This document shows positions 27,326 through 41,326 of a stretch of DNA of 64,000 nucleotides, piece after piece. Under the pieces are notes generated by a model. It did no database searches, was not told the origin of the DNA, and saw only the letters and a program-made list of their open reading frames with translations. The translations under genes and the position numbers were made by a program. The stretch comes from Octopus vulgaris. Its lineage: Eukaryota. Each line of letters begins with the position of its first letter. Within the stretch, counting starts at the first letter, position 1. The stretch lies in NCBI GenBank assembly GCA_951406725.2, contig OX597815.1:30070001-30134000 (forward strand), in the 5' to 3' direction.

Positions 27326-27539
27326 GGCGGCGAGCTGGCAGACTCGTTCGCACGCCTGGCGAAATGCGTAGCCGTATTTCGTCTGCCGTTACGTTCTGAG
27401 TTCAAATTCCGCCGAGGTCGACTTTGCCTTTCATCCTTTCGGGGTCGATAAATTAAGTACCAGTTACGCCCTGGGGTCGATATAATCGACATAATCCGTT
27501 TGTCCCCTCTGTGTTTAGCCCCTTGTGGGCAGTAGTGAA
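27326..27539 (+). mobile_element. SINE family B monomer with a 17-bp TSD
   Basis: TSD ATGCATTACACACACGA at 27309-27325 and 27540-27556. Confidence 0.92.
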
Positions 27540-27957
27540 ATGCATTACACACACGAACACGCATGTATGTGTGCGCGTGTGCGCGATGGAATTGGTAACT
27601 GTGTCCCTATGCCCTCACACTACATGTTTATAAAAAAAAAACGTGTATTGATTTGTTCATTACTCTTTGAATTAAGTCGGTGAGAGCTAAAGGAAACCTT
27701 TATGTGGTGATGGTACCAAATCTATTGCAAGAGAATTTGGTACAAGGAAAACTATTACGTATTCTCCGTAGTTTAGGCAATTCAGGCATGGAACTGTTAT
27801 GTAATATGTTATTGATCGAGAAGTACTTATCAATCTGTCTTACGGAAACGGACTCAACAACTCGTGAACGAGGTGCCCAATACGTTACTGACCGATTTTG
27901 CCTCTAAACACACACACACATATACATAAAGAAGAAGGTATACAGTTGTTTGGGATC

Positions 27958-28298
27958 TGTATGTATGTGTGTGTATGTATGTATGTATGTATGTATGTAT
28001 GTATGTATGTATGTATGTATGTATGTATGCATGTATGCATGCATGCATGTATGCATGTATGCATGTATTTATGTATGTATGCATGTATGCACGCATGTAT
28101 GCATGTATGTATGCATGTATGTATGTATGTATGTATGAATGCATGTATGTTTGTATGTATGTATGCATGTATGTATGCATGTATGTATGTATGCATGTAT
28201 GCATATATATATGTATGTATGTATGTATGCAGGTATGTATGCATGCATGCATGCATGTATGTATGTATGTATTCATGCATGCATATATGCATGCTTCC

Positions 28299-28331
<33 letters not shown>

Positions 28332-28362
28332 TGTATGTATGTATGTATGTATGCATGCATGC

Positions 28363-28395
<33 letters not shown>

Positions 28396-28442
28396 TGTAT
28401 GTATGCATGTATATATGTATGTATGTATGTATTTGTGCATGT
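27958..28442. repeat. (TATG)n/(CATG)n microsatellite
   Basis: Directly visible. Confidence 0.95.
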
Positions 28443-28509
28443 AGTCGTATTCATATGTACTTCTTTTCTAATGATTACATTAATTGGGAAACTATTTTTT
28501 TTTAATATT

Positions 28510-28880
28510 TGGCGTGGCTGAGTGGTAAAAAGCTTGTTTCTCAACCACATAGTTCCGGGTTCAGTCCCACTGCATGGCACCTTGGGCAAGCGTCTTCTAC
28601 TATAGATGGAAACTGAAAAGAAGACTGTTGTATATATATATATGTACATATTTGTGTGTGTCTTTGTGTCTGTATTTGTACCCGCCACCATCGGTTGACA
28701 ACCGATATTGGTGTGCTTACGTCCCAGTAAATTAACGGTTCAAGAAAAGAGACCGATTGAATTAGTACTAGGTTTACAAAGAGTATGACTGGGGTCGGTT
28801 TTTTCATATAAAACCACTTTAAGGCGGTACTTCATGATGGCTGCAGTGAAATGTCTGAAACAAATAAAAGAATAGAAAGA
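28510..28880 (+). mobile_element. SINE family A, diverged
   Basis: Head and tail motifs recognisable. Confidence 0.8.
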
Positions 28881-28909
28881 AAAGGAATAAGATAATAATA
28901 TTATCTCAG

Positions 28910-30490
28910 TGCTATTCGTCCAACTCTTTTCATTCTGAGTTCAAATCTCGCAGAGTTCATCTTGACCTGTCATCCTTTTGGAATCAAGAAGATAAGTATT
29001 AGTTGAGCACTCGAAATAATGTATTTGACTAACTCCATTGTGCCAAAATTTGAAACCATTTAAGGCTGAAAACTGACAGTGTCGTTGGCGTGTCAGACAA
29101 AATACTTAGTAGCATTCCTTCTGTCTCGAGTTCAAATTTCGCCGTGGTCAACATTGCTTTTTAACCTTCCGGAATCGATAAAATAAAGAACCAGTCATGT
29201 ACTGGAGGTGACATTATTGATTAAACCCTCTTTAAGTTGCTGGCCTCATTTAAAAATCTGAAACAATTATTATTATAATACTTTTTACTTAGGGCGGGCG
29301 GAGTATTTGCGTAGTTGGTAGATTGAACCACTCATTTCAAGTTCCACAAATGTCAACTTTACTTTTTTATTCTTCACGTATCGAAGAATAAGGTGTCAGT
29401 GAAATACTCGATCGATTTATCGGCTATAGACTCACTTTAAACTTGAAGCCATATACCTGTATAATAAATCAAAATAATAATTTACAGAATTTGTTGAGTA
29501 CCGATAAAACTTCCTTGCAGTATTTTCTTCTTTTCTTTACGTCCTGTGTCTAAAATTGGCTCGGGTCGATTTCACTTTTCATTGTTCCGAGGTCTATAAA
29601 ATAAACTGAAATATTGGAATTTGCCAATACAGTCAATATTTACTTTATATAGATTCACTGGGAAATCGAAACTTATCGTCAACACCGCTGATAATTTGTT
29701 TTCCGATGTGCAGTATTTAAGATTATGAAGTTGTTTAAATATCCTTCTTACACCATTCGTAGTCATGGTTTCAAATTTCGGCCACAAGGCCAGATATTTT
29801 GAGGGAAGGAGGTAGTCAATTATATTAACCCCACTGCTCAAATAGTACACATTTTATCGACCGCAAAGGAGGAATAAAGGGCAAAATCAATCCGACCTTA
29901 TAGAGGATAGTCGGAAGAAATGTGCTAAACGTTTTGTTCGGAGAGCTAGCGATCTGACCGGTTCGCTGTTTTACGGTCGTCATAATTATCAACATTAATA
30001 CATTGTTAAAAGCTTGTGACTTGGCAAGTGGCAGAAAAGAATACTTAGCTGTATTTCAGGTACGTCTCTTTCACGTTCTAAATGCAAATCTTACCGAGGG
30101 AGGTCGAGTTCACCGAGCTACTCAGTTGTATAGACTCGCTAAAATAAGCACCATTCATATACTAGCGCCGACATGTTTACCATATAAAATCCTCCGCTTA
30201 TTTTTATGAAGTAGTACCTATATTAGAAATTAGTATATTATGAGAAGAGGGAGAAGTGGGAGACGAAACTTTTCATATGATTTAGCTTCGTCCGTTCACG
30301 TTCTGAGTTCCTATTCCGCCATTGTTAACTGCCATTCCTCCTTTCGGCGCCGATAAAATAAGTACCAGGTTAGTAATCGGCTATCCTTCTCCACAAAAAG
30401 ATTGCTGGTCTTGTATCAAATTTTGAAACCAATATTCGTTTTGGTTAACATTACTTTCTATCCTTTCGTCGACAGTAAAACAGTGTACTA
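28910..30490. mobile_element. Cluster of old degenerate family B-like (Deu/Nin) SINE relics in both orientations
   Basis: Recurring CTGAGTTCAAAT / CATCCTTT / GATAAAATAAGTACCAG-like motifs near 28935, 29128, 29340, 29560, 29850 (minus), 30075, 30300 and 30460. Confidence 0.6.
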
Positions 30491-30504
30491 GTGATGTGCA
30501 GATT

Positions 30505-30825
30505 TCCGTCGGTTTAGACGACAAGTGTTCCGGTCGTTCAATTAACGGAATGTCTATTCCTTGAATTAGTGTAGAACTCGTTGACTGTCACACAGACATG
30601 TGTACCATTAACGCTACTTTCAGGAAAAATCAAAATAACTGCATGTGACATGGTTGTGCTTTTGAATTAAGTCTACGCTCCATTCAACGGGTTTCTGAAC
30701 AATTTCTGTCGATCCAATTTCACTCTCAAGGCACAAAGGACACTTGTTCAAGATTCTACACAGTGAATCGAACCCAGCATCTCACGATTGCAAAGCAAAC
30801 TCCTTTCCTAATCGTCCATCACTGC
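30505..30825 (-). mobile_element. Old SINE with an A-like head and a C-like tail
   Basis: Minus-strand head GGGTTCGATTCACTGTG..CTTGAACAAGTGTC; the tail resembles 35820-35965. Confidence 0.45.
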
Positions 30826-31412
30826 TTCTATACTACCCTCCAAAATGTGTGACCCTGTGCCGATATTTAGTTTCTACTTTGATAAAATTTACTTTTTATT
30901 CCAACAGGATAGAAAAAAATAAGCAAGTGAATGAAGTCAATTAAACTTACTGTATCTCCAGCGATGTAGATTCGAACAATTAAAACTCATGCACACACTC
31001 CCCACTACGCTTAATAAAATATTCCATAATCCTCCGTTGTGCACCAAAGGATTCTGTCGAAATATAATACTACTGGGTAATAGAAACTGCAGTACAGCTG
31101 TTGAATATACACTTTCAGAACAATATACTCTTGCCTGAAGAAGTATAAAAGAGTTAGATTTAGCTAAATAAAATTCATTTACAAAGACTAATATTTTCAT
31201 TTGTTGTCTTTTTCCTTATTCTTTCAGCAAAAAAAAAAATAAATATTTGTCACATGGTTCCGAAAGATATCTTAAAGCATTTACTGTTTTTGAAACATAT
31301 GTTTTAGAAACGACACGAAGTTGTTTTGTATCACCATAACAATTGAGAAAAGAAAAATGGAGAAAAAAATTATCCATGTATTTCTTTCCTAAATAATTGT
31401 TTCCTAAGTATG

Positions 31413-31485
<73 letters not shown>

Positions 31486-31487
31486 AC

Positions 31488-31566
<79 letters not shown>

Positions 31567-31688
31567 CATACATATATATATATACATAATATATATACAT
31601 ATGTATATATATATACATATATGTATATATATATAAATACATATATATACATATATATACATACATACATATATATACATATATATAC

Positions 31689-31734
<46 letters not shown>

Positions 31735-33234
31735 CGTATACTAAAATAATCTATAATAAATTATTATTTTTTCTTCAATCTCTCTTTCCTAGCCTCTCAT
31801 TGTTTCTTTAATTGTAATTACATATACTCCTGCATAGTCTTCAAGGCCATCGTACACAAACAACTAAATCTGTCTCCCCTCGCCTTTCTTTTCCAGATAA
31901 ACCTTACCTATCTCTCTCTAAATCTCTATTTTTCTTCCCATCCCTCTGTCTGTCTCCGTGTTTCTCTCTCTTGCATTGCCAAAGTCTTTTCCTTTCTTTT
32001 TTTTTTTTACCCAATACTTACCTCCTCGGTTTTCACTCTCCTACGTTACATCTTATTTCCTTTCCCAAATTTTCTCCCGCAACCAATTTAGCTATTTCCT
32101 ATTGCTTGTCTCAGCATTTTGCCGTTTTCAAACTGCCGCTCTTTCATCATTTTCTTACGTCAAGTATTATTGCTCGTTGTTGGCCCTTATTTTGCCTTCT
32201 TTCATCACCGGAATTTTTATTCACCCTCATACGTCATTTCACTCTAGAAACATCTGTATGCCATTATCACCCTGTCCTTGCAATGTCTCTATTTTCTATA
32301 ATCATCAGAATCAGAAAGATAATTGCATCAAACATACGTATCTCCCAGTACACTCTGCCTTAATGGAGGTAGTGCGGTGGCGGTCATATGCACGCGCACA
32401 CACACACACACACTCTCACACACACACGTACACACACACACACACACACTCACATATATGCATCTATTTTTTCACATATATAATTATATATATATGCGTG
32501 TGTGTGTATAAATATATATATATATACCTAAGGGTTTAATTGGTGTTATATAAGGTGAAATATTACACACACGCATAAGCACAGGCAATTCAGATGTATG
32601 TATGCATTTCTATCCATCCATCCCTCCCTCCTTCCTTCTTTCTGTCTGTCTATCTATCTGTCTGTCTGTCTGTCTGTCTGTATGTCTGTCTGTCTGTCTG
32701 TACTTTAATTCGGTCAAGCAAATCCAATTGCATTGTTTATAGTTTCGGTACTGAATGTATTTTCTTCCATCTGTTACCATTAACACACACACACATACAC
32801 ACTCACAAATATGCTGAGCATGAGAGAGAGAGAGAGAGAGAGAGTGAAAAGATAGTGGCAGGATGGAAGAAAGAGGAAAAAAATATGAAAATGGAGTGAG
32901 AGACGGTATATTGAAGCGAAAGGGAGAAAAAAAATCTCCTAACTGAATATAAGCAACGCAACTCAGAAAAAAAAAACGGCACACATATTCAAACAGGTTG
33001 ATAAAAAGAATAAGTTACTTAACAAAAGGTCCTTCAATGACGATATAAATGCAACCACCTAGATGCCAGAACCAGTTGGCTTCCGTCGATACTATTCTCA
33101 ACGCCCAAGGTCGCATTCCGCAACGAGTCATTGATATCAAATGACTAGCAGTTAGTCTCTTCTCTTAAGACTTTACAGAGCAAGAAAGGCTTCACATGAT
33201 CGCAATAGATTTCCCTCATCTTTTCTTTATGTTG

Positions 33235-33855
33235 CTCCAATTACTTGCAAATGTACACACATACACGCACGTGTATCTATGTTGATGTTGACGAAATTCA
33301 AGTGAAGGAAATTTGGATCTAGGGTTGAAAGCAGCCCCTTCTCTATTGGCAAGAAATTTAGAAATGAAACTTAATAAGAACATACACACACACACGCATG
33401 TAAGTTGAATTTATATGATGATGAGTGGCTCGGCTTGCGTGAAATGTCTGTACGTCAATGGATTTAAGTGAGAAAAGCTTTCACAACACTTTTTTCACTC
33501 TCCCAGTTGCCATAATAGATTCTAGTGACAAGTATTGATGGTCACTATTTTGACTGAACGTTTCATGTCAGATTATCTTTTTCCCAGAAGAGCAGCGTTT
33601 CCAGCGGCTTTATCAAAAATAACGGGATCCTACTCTAACCCTGGGAAATCTGACTTTGTTCCGCGGTCCTTCAGTTTTTCTGAGCCCTGTAAAATAACTC
33701 GGAAGGCTGGTCCTCCAGCCAGACCTTTCGCGACAACCTTAAAGTCAGACACTTTTCAGTACCCCGTCATAATTAAGGTGAGACACCAACTTTTCCACAA
33801 CTCCTGAAATCCCGACCTGGAGCCTCATCACCGTATATATAGTTTAATGTCATAT

Positions 33856-33887
<32 letters not shown>

Positions 33888-34522
33888 CATACATACATAC
33901 ATACATACTACAGATCCAATCCTTCACTGGAACTGTTAAAATCTGTAAAACTTTCCAGAAGTTCATCATTTAAATATATATGAGCATGTCTACATATGTA
34001 ACTATATGCATGAGAATACATACATAAAACATACAAATCTGCACCTACATACATACATACATACATACATACATACAAACAAAAATACTTTGTTGATGTT
34101 TAAATTCCAATGAAGGAGCCTTGGATCTAGGTTAGAAACCGGTTCTTTCTCTATTGGCACGAAATCTTGAAATAAACTGAACAATGACATACACACTTAC
34201 ATACATACACAAAGACTAGAGATACAAGACCACAGCGGAACTGACAAAATATGTAAACCTTTCTAAAACTTTTATGTGCACATGATTTACGCATATAACT
34301 ATATGTATGTGTACACCTCCATACAAAAGGACATACAGATTTGCATATATACTCCAATTACTTGCAAATTTACTCACATACACGCACGATTACCCTGTGA
34401 TGTTGACGAAATTCAAGTGAAGGATCTTTGGATCTAGAGTTGAAAGCAGCCCTTTCTCTATTGGTAAGACATTTAGAAATAAAACTCAATAAGAACATAC
34501 ACACACAAATGTAAGTTGAATT
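33235..34522 (+). repeat. Three copies of a ~110-180-bp repeat (33235-33412, 34085-34195, 34352-34522)
   Basis: Shared core GATGTT...AAATTC.A.TGAAGGA...TTGGATCTAG.GTT.GAAA.C.G....TTCTCTATTGG; copies 1 and 3 also share their flanks. Confidence 0.75.
33610..33760 (-). mobile_element. Possible degenerate mariner transposase C-terminal relic
   Basis: Frameshifted reading WLEDQPSELF.TGLRKLKDR.NK resembles the mariner motif W...QP..FF..GI.KL..RW.KC. Confidence 0.35.
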
Positions 34523-34594
<72 letters not shown>

Positions 34595-34832
34595 GCATTC
34601 GGTATATATATAATTGCATTCGGTACAATATGTTTATTTTGGTAGTTTTGACTTTAAGAGTCCCTCCTAGCGTGCGGCATTTATGTGTAACAATGCCCTC
34701 TATATAATATAAATAAATATATTCAAGTGGAAAAAATTTACAGATTTTTCCTCTTATGAGGTTTTTCACGCTAACTACTTGATAATTTCTTATGAAGATT
34801 TTATCCAATTTTTAAAATATATATACATACAT

Positions 34833-34881
<49 letters not shown>

Positions 34882-35271
34882 CATAATTTATATGTAGTAA
34901 TATTTATATATACATACACACACACATATATATCTTGTGTAAATAACGATGTAAAAAATACAAGACAAAAGGGACAAGGTTTAAAAAAAAGTAGTATTAG
35001 CTTAAGGAATATCCAGTATGACACTAAGCTTCGGGAGAGCTGAGTACACGACGAGTACATGACTCGTTCCGATTCACTTCACTTACATTCATAATTACTT
35101 CGAGTAAACCATGACTGGTGTTGTGCGAGGCGGGGGCACAAGGAAACTAGACTGAGTTTTCGTTTTAGAGAAATGAATGACAGTTACATAACGAACAAGT
35201 CAAGGAGATAATCAGTAATATGACTTACACAGTCTCTTCTGCCTCCCGCCTTCTGACTGTCCGTCTGTTTT

Positions 35272-35388
<117 letters not shown>

Positions 35389-35499
35389 TTATCTGTATGT
35401 CTGTCTATCTATCTGTCTGTCTGTCTGTCTGTCTATTTATCTATCTATCTGTCTGTCTGTCTGTCTGTCTATCTATTTATCTGTCTGTCTCTCTATCTA

Positions 35500-35566
<67 letters not shown>

Positions 35567-35587
35567 GTCTGTCTTTCTGTCTGTCTA

Positions 35588-35634
<47 letters not shown>

Positions 35635-35654
35635 ATTTATCCATTTATCAATCT

Positions 35655-35970
35655 GAATGCGCGTGGCTTAGTATTTAAGGTATTCGGCTCATGATTGTAA
35701 GATCGTAAGTTCGATTTTCGGCATTGCTTGTTGTGTCCATGAACAATACTCCTTAATTCATGTTGCTCTAGTCCACTCATCTGACAAAAAACTGAGTTAT
35801 ACTTTTAGTTGAAGAGCGCCAGCCTTGTCGCATTCTGTGTCACGCTGTATTACTTTGGGAGCTACGAAAATGTTACGCATGTCAGCTACTTGCGCGTTAA
35901 TTTCACGAGCTGGCTGTTTCTTTGACCGGATCGACTGCAACACTCGGTGTTGTAACCGATGATGTACCAC
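35655..35970 (+). mobile_element. SINE family C, diverged, near full length
   Basis: GCGCGTGGCTTAGT (A box), GTTCGATT (B box) and the TTGCTCTAGTCCACTCA core. Confidence 0.65.
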
Positions 35971-36344
35971 ACACAAACACACACACACACACACACACGC
36001 TGAGACCAGTTAACCTTATATATCCACATATATGAGAGTGCTACAAAGTGAAAAGATATAGGGTGGCCTCATCATTAAATGACCAAATTATTTCAGTTTC
36101 TACTTTCTTATCTGTTTGTGATAAGATACGCCACGTTAATAAGCTTTCTTATGGAAGTAAGTTTCTGCTTCTTTCGTAATAAGAATCCTTGCGTATTCCG
36201 TTAACATTGCATTTGAAAATCTTCAAGTCCAAGATTATACTGAGATTTTAGTTCCATAGTTCTCAGAAGTAGGTTTTCTTTGGAAAACAAAACTGGATAT
36301 CTCGATTATCTCATACCACACCATATTTCTTAAAATGTCTTCTG

Positions 36345-36399
<55 letters not shown>

Positions 36400-37500
36400 G
36401 ATAGATTTTGGTTCAGTCTTGAAGCGCCAGATTTCACTCGCATTGCTTTTTACTCAGCCCGAGGCACTAATAAGTGCTGCCAAAGCCCGTTCGTTGTGAC
36501 TCAAATCAAAGCCAGGAAGCTTCAGGGCGAATATCTTACACTATATAGCTACGCACACACCTGAAATTCTTCAACGTATAGTCACCCGCAATCCTAAGGA
36601 ATAATAAGACTGTGATAAGTATAATTGTTTCATACTCAAATAGGTAAGGCTTGCCGTAGAGCGAGCACAAGGACAAAAAAAATCATTCCACATTTATTAC
36701 AAAGAATTTTGTCAAGTGATCTAATGCTTTGGTCATCTCGAGCGTCCAATTGATATCCTAAAATATTATATAGTACTAGACATTAAACACGAACTAAAGA
36801 ACAGAAAGATCCATACCATATCCAGTTATCCATTATATAAAATTTCTTTGTAAACAAGGGCAGGATGAAAATATCAAATGAATTGGAAAACAAAGAAACC
36901 ATCAAGAACAACTCCTAAAGTTATTCGCTACTATAACGATTCCAGTCGATAATATTCCGATAAATATAGTGATTTCCCATGAAACAAATTCATCTTTCGT
37001 AGTTTATCATGCATGGAAAATATCTCGATATTGACGACCAGCTTTAAAACCAATATTTATCAATATTTTTCTCCCATGTCAATATTATGATATAATCCTT
37101 CTTTAATCTGTCTAACCGTGCATGTGTGGTGCGTATTTTTAACTATGTCCTTTACATATGTTTGTGAATCTTGTATTTTCAATCTCCATTTCTTTCAAAA
37201 TATACAATTATTCTCTCATTCCCTTAAACGATAACTCACTCGATTTTCCGATTTATATCTCTTTCAGATAAAATGTAGATGTATATATGTGTATACATGC
37301 ACTTATACTTAAATACATAAACATATACTTATATACATACACAATTCCACACATATCCACTTATATATACATATGTACATAGATAAAGACATATAAGTAC
37401 GCTCCAATATACATGTATATATATATGTTGGTGTGTGTTTGATTCAGGGTGTGTGTGACTCTATATATACGTGTACATGTATACATAATTCCATATATAT

Positions 37501-37544
<44 letters not shown>

Positions 37545-37550
37545 ACACAC

Positions 37551-37589
<39 letters not shown>

Positions 37590-38091
37590 ACATACACATC
37601 AATATATATATACACATACATATATATACATATATATGTAAATATAAATACACACACACACACATATATATATGTCTTTGCATGTACTGTATGTTATACT
37701 TTTAAATAGTATATAAATATACTGATACATACATAAGTATCATATTCGTATGCATTACATATACACACATTTACAATATTGTGAATGTGTATGTATTTAA
37801 GCATAAATGGGTATACACGCAACGTGTATACACACCCACATAAGCATATGAATTTAGGTATATATATATATAGATATATAAATATTTGTGTGCGTATGAA
37901 ATGCATTTTTATGCGAACATATGTGCTTGCTATATCATCTGTGTAACACACACGTATGTATACATAAGCCCGAACACACACACGTGGGTACACACAAACA
38001 CACACAAACATACACTCACATACACACACACATACACACATACGAACAATGCATTTTATAAAGATATTTTTCATAATTTTGTTTGAGTTTG

Positions 38092-38126
<35 letters not shown>

Positions 38127-38141
38127 TATTATATATGTATA

Positions 38142-38190
<49 letters not shown>

Positions 38191-38233
38191 AGATATATAT
38201 GAGTGTGTATGTGTTTATATGTGTTTGAAAAAT

Positions 38234-38270
<37 letters not shown>

Positions 38271-38291
38271 CATATATACATACACATGTAT

Positions 38292-38449
38292 TGGCAAATG
38301 AGTACCTGTGTGGTAAGTAGTTTGCTTATCAACCACATGGTTCTCGGTTCAGCCCCACTGTGGCACCTTAGGCAAGTGTTTCTACTGTAGCCTCGGGCTG
38401 ACCAAAGCCTTGTGAGTTGATTTTATAGAGGGAAACTGAAAGATGCCCG

Positions 38450-38500
<51 letters not shown>

Positions 38501-38690
38501 CATATGTTTGTGTTCTGTGTTTGTCCCCCACTGGCCATCGCTTGACAACCGATGTTGGTGTGTTTACGTCCCGGCAAAAGACCGATAGAATAAGTACTAA
38601 GCTTACAGCTAATAAGTCCTGGGGTTGATTTGCTCGACTGAAGGCGTTGCTCCAGCATGGCCGCCGTCAAATAACTGAAACAAATAAACG
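38292..38690 (+). mobile_element. SINE family A
   Basis: Head, internal (TA)n and tail match the family. Confidence 0.85.
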
Positions 38691-39243
38691 AATATACATA
38701 CATACTATGTATATATATATGGATATATATTATATACATTCATGGATGTATATGCATAAATCTGCATTTATATATATTTGTATACATACATACGTACTTA
38801 CATCTATATATATATACGTACATTTACATGAATACATCGATATACATTTTACTTATATAATTAGGCATGATTACATTAAATATATAAATATATTATGTCT
38901 TGTCATATAACTTACATGTTTAGCTATTCACCCACACGTACACACGTACACACACCCAAATACACAGAGAGAGTCTCACACGCACATGCACACAAACACA
39001 CAAATTTACACCTATATATATTTGCCTTCGATACTTTCGTAATGCCGAATCACGCACATATTTGAGTGCAATCTTAGAATTCAGTGTAAGTTTCAATAAA
39101 ATTATTTTTATTGTGACAAGTTGGTGGAAACATCTCTGTCGAGAATAAAGTTGGAATGCATTAAAACATCATTATGACTCTTAACAACAACCTGCACGTT
39201 TCACAAATAACTACACACACCTAGACGAACGTACGCACACATA

Positions 39244-39287
<44 letters not shown>

Positions 39288-39635
39288 CACGCACACCAGG
39301 CACACACACACATAAAATTTAAATTCAGATATTCATCTGCAGAAACCTGAAAAAGTGATTTTCCTACATCTTCGCCCCGGATTTATTTATCTCCGTACTC
39401 CATCATTATATCGTTATATAATAACTGGAGGTTACTGTGAGTAGAAATTGCACTAAGGTTACATATGTCAAAACATTTCTTTGGGATTCAAGTCAGAAAT
39501 ATTATCATAGTCCTGTCGAACTTGATTGTGTACGTTTCCAGTTGGATGCTATTTCATTTATAGATATGTTTGTATGCTTGCGTGCATATACATTTATATT
39601 CTTGCATCTATGCTACATGCACTCACTCAAACATC

Positions 39636-39684
<49 letters not shown>

Positions 39685-39821
39685 AAATAGTAAATGAAAT
39701 AACTAACGTATTAGAAAAGGAAAGTAAACCGATGCAGGACAACTACGATGAAACCCTGTGCTTAAAGTGATCACGGTAGTTTCCATAATGACTTAATTTG
39801 GTAATTTGTGAAAATCCATCG

Positions 39822-40356
39822 ATGGTTCCGGGTTCAGTTCCACTGTGTGGAACCATGGGCAAGTTTCTTCTACTATAGCCTCGGGCCGAGAAATGTCTTG
39901 TGAGTGGATTTTGTAGACGGAAACTGAAAGAAGCCCGTCGCAGGAGTGGCTGTGTGGTAAGTAGCTTGCTAACCAACCACATGGTTCCGGGTTCAGTCCC
40001 ACTGCGTGGCATCTTGGGCAAGTTTCTTCTACTATAGCCTCGGGCCGAGAAAAAATCCTTGTGAGTGGATTTGGTAGACGGAAACTGAAAGAAGCCCATC
40101 GTATATGTGTATATGTATATAAATATGTGTGTGTGTTTGTTTGTGTATCTGTGTTTGTCCCCCCCAACATCGCTTGGCAACCGATGCTGGTGTGTTTACG
40201 TCCCCGTAACTTAGCGGTTCGGCAAAAGAGACCGATAGAATAAGCACTAGGCTTACAAAGAATAAGTCCTGGGGTCGATTTGCTCAGCTAAAGGCGGTGC
40301 TCCAGCATGGCCGCAGTCAAATGACTGAAACAAGTAAAAGAGTAAAGTGTAAAAGA

Positions 40357-40358
<2 letters not shown>
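39822..40358 (+). mobile_element. SINE family A full copy (39940-40358) preceded by a duplicated partial head (39822-39940)
   Basis: Both parts share the variants GCAAGTTTCTTC and GGGCCGAGAAA, which the other family A copies I compared lack. Confidence 0.88.
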
Positions 40359-40416
<58 letters not shown>

Positions 40417-40510
40417 GGGTAGTTGTGGATTTTGAGGCATGTGTTTGATAGAGCAAGCAATCTCCGGATTACTATGTCTGATAGGCTGGACAAGTTTTCA
40501 CACACACACA

Positions 40511-40543
<33 letters not shown>

Positions 40544-41093
40544 TCTCTCTCTCCCTCTCTGTATATGAATCTATATGTATATATATAGATACAGTCACCA
40601 CATACAGGTACATGTATAAGCGAAAATAAACTAAGAGAAATGACTTACAATATGCTGTGACATGTATTTGAACAACTCAAAGGAATAAAGTTATATTAGC
40701 TGTCAAAGAAGGTAAATTCTTATAGAAGTAATCTTCGCTTTTAGAGGAGGTAAAATACTTGCCTGGTGTCAATCGGGAACATATTGCAAGAGGAAGTGGA
40801 GTTGTTTTCAAGAATCAAGAATTTTCCAAAAGTGACATGTCATTAAGGAAAATACATTCTAGACAGGTAATCTGCTGTAGAGACATATTTGTACTCAATA
40901 GAAATCACATGTACAACAGTTATCTTAATTTGTCTCCAACAGACGAGATAGATAGACATGGAAAAAAAGAGTAGACCGCACTTATAGCCGGGGTCATTTC
41001 CATAATTTAAATGAAAAGGAGCAAACAGAAATATATCAGAGTGCACAGTAGTATGCGTTTGAAAAGAAAAGGCGACTAAATCTATACTAAATA

Positions 41094-41326
41094 CCTATTT
41101 CTTTACTACCCACAAGGGGCTAAATACAGAGGGGACAAACAAGGATAGACAAATGGATTAAGTCGATTACATCGACCCAAGTGCGTAACTGGTACTTAAT
41201 TTATCGACCCCGAAAGGATGAAAGGCAAAGTCGACCTCGGCGGAATTCGAACTCAGAATGTAACGGCAGGCGAAATACGGCTACGCATTTCGCCCGGCGT
41301 GCTAACGATTCTGCCAGCTCGCCGCC
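41094..41326 (-). mobile_element. SINE family B monomer with an 11-bp TSD
   Basis: TATACTAAATA at 41083-41093 and 41331-41341. Confidence 0.9.

Noticed and set aside
27854-28691. ORFs of up to 268 aa rich in HTYI/MYVC, and similar YIYI, LSIY, LPTY and THTH ORFs across the window
   Set aside because: Stop-free frames of tetra- and dinucleotide repeats.
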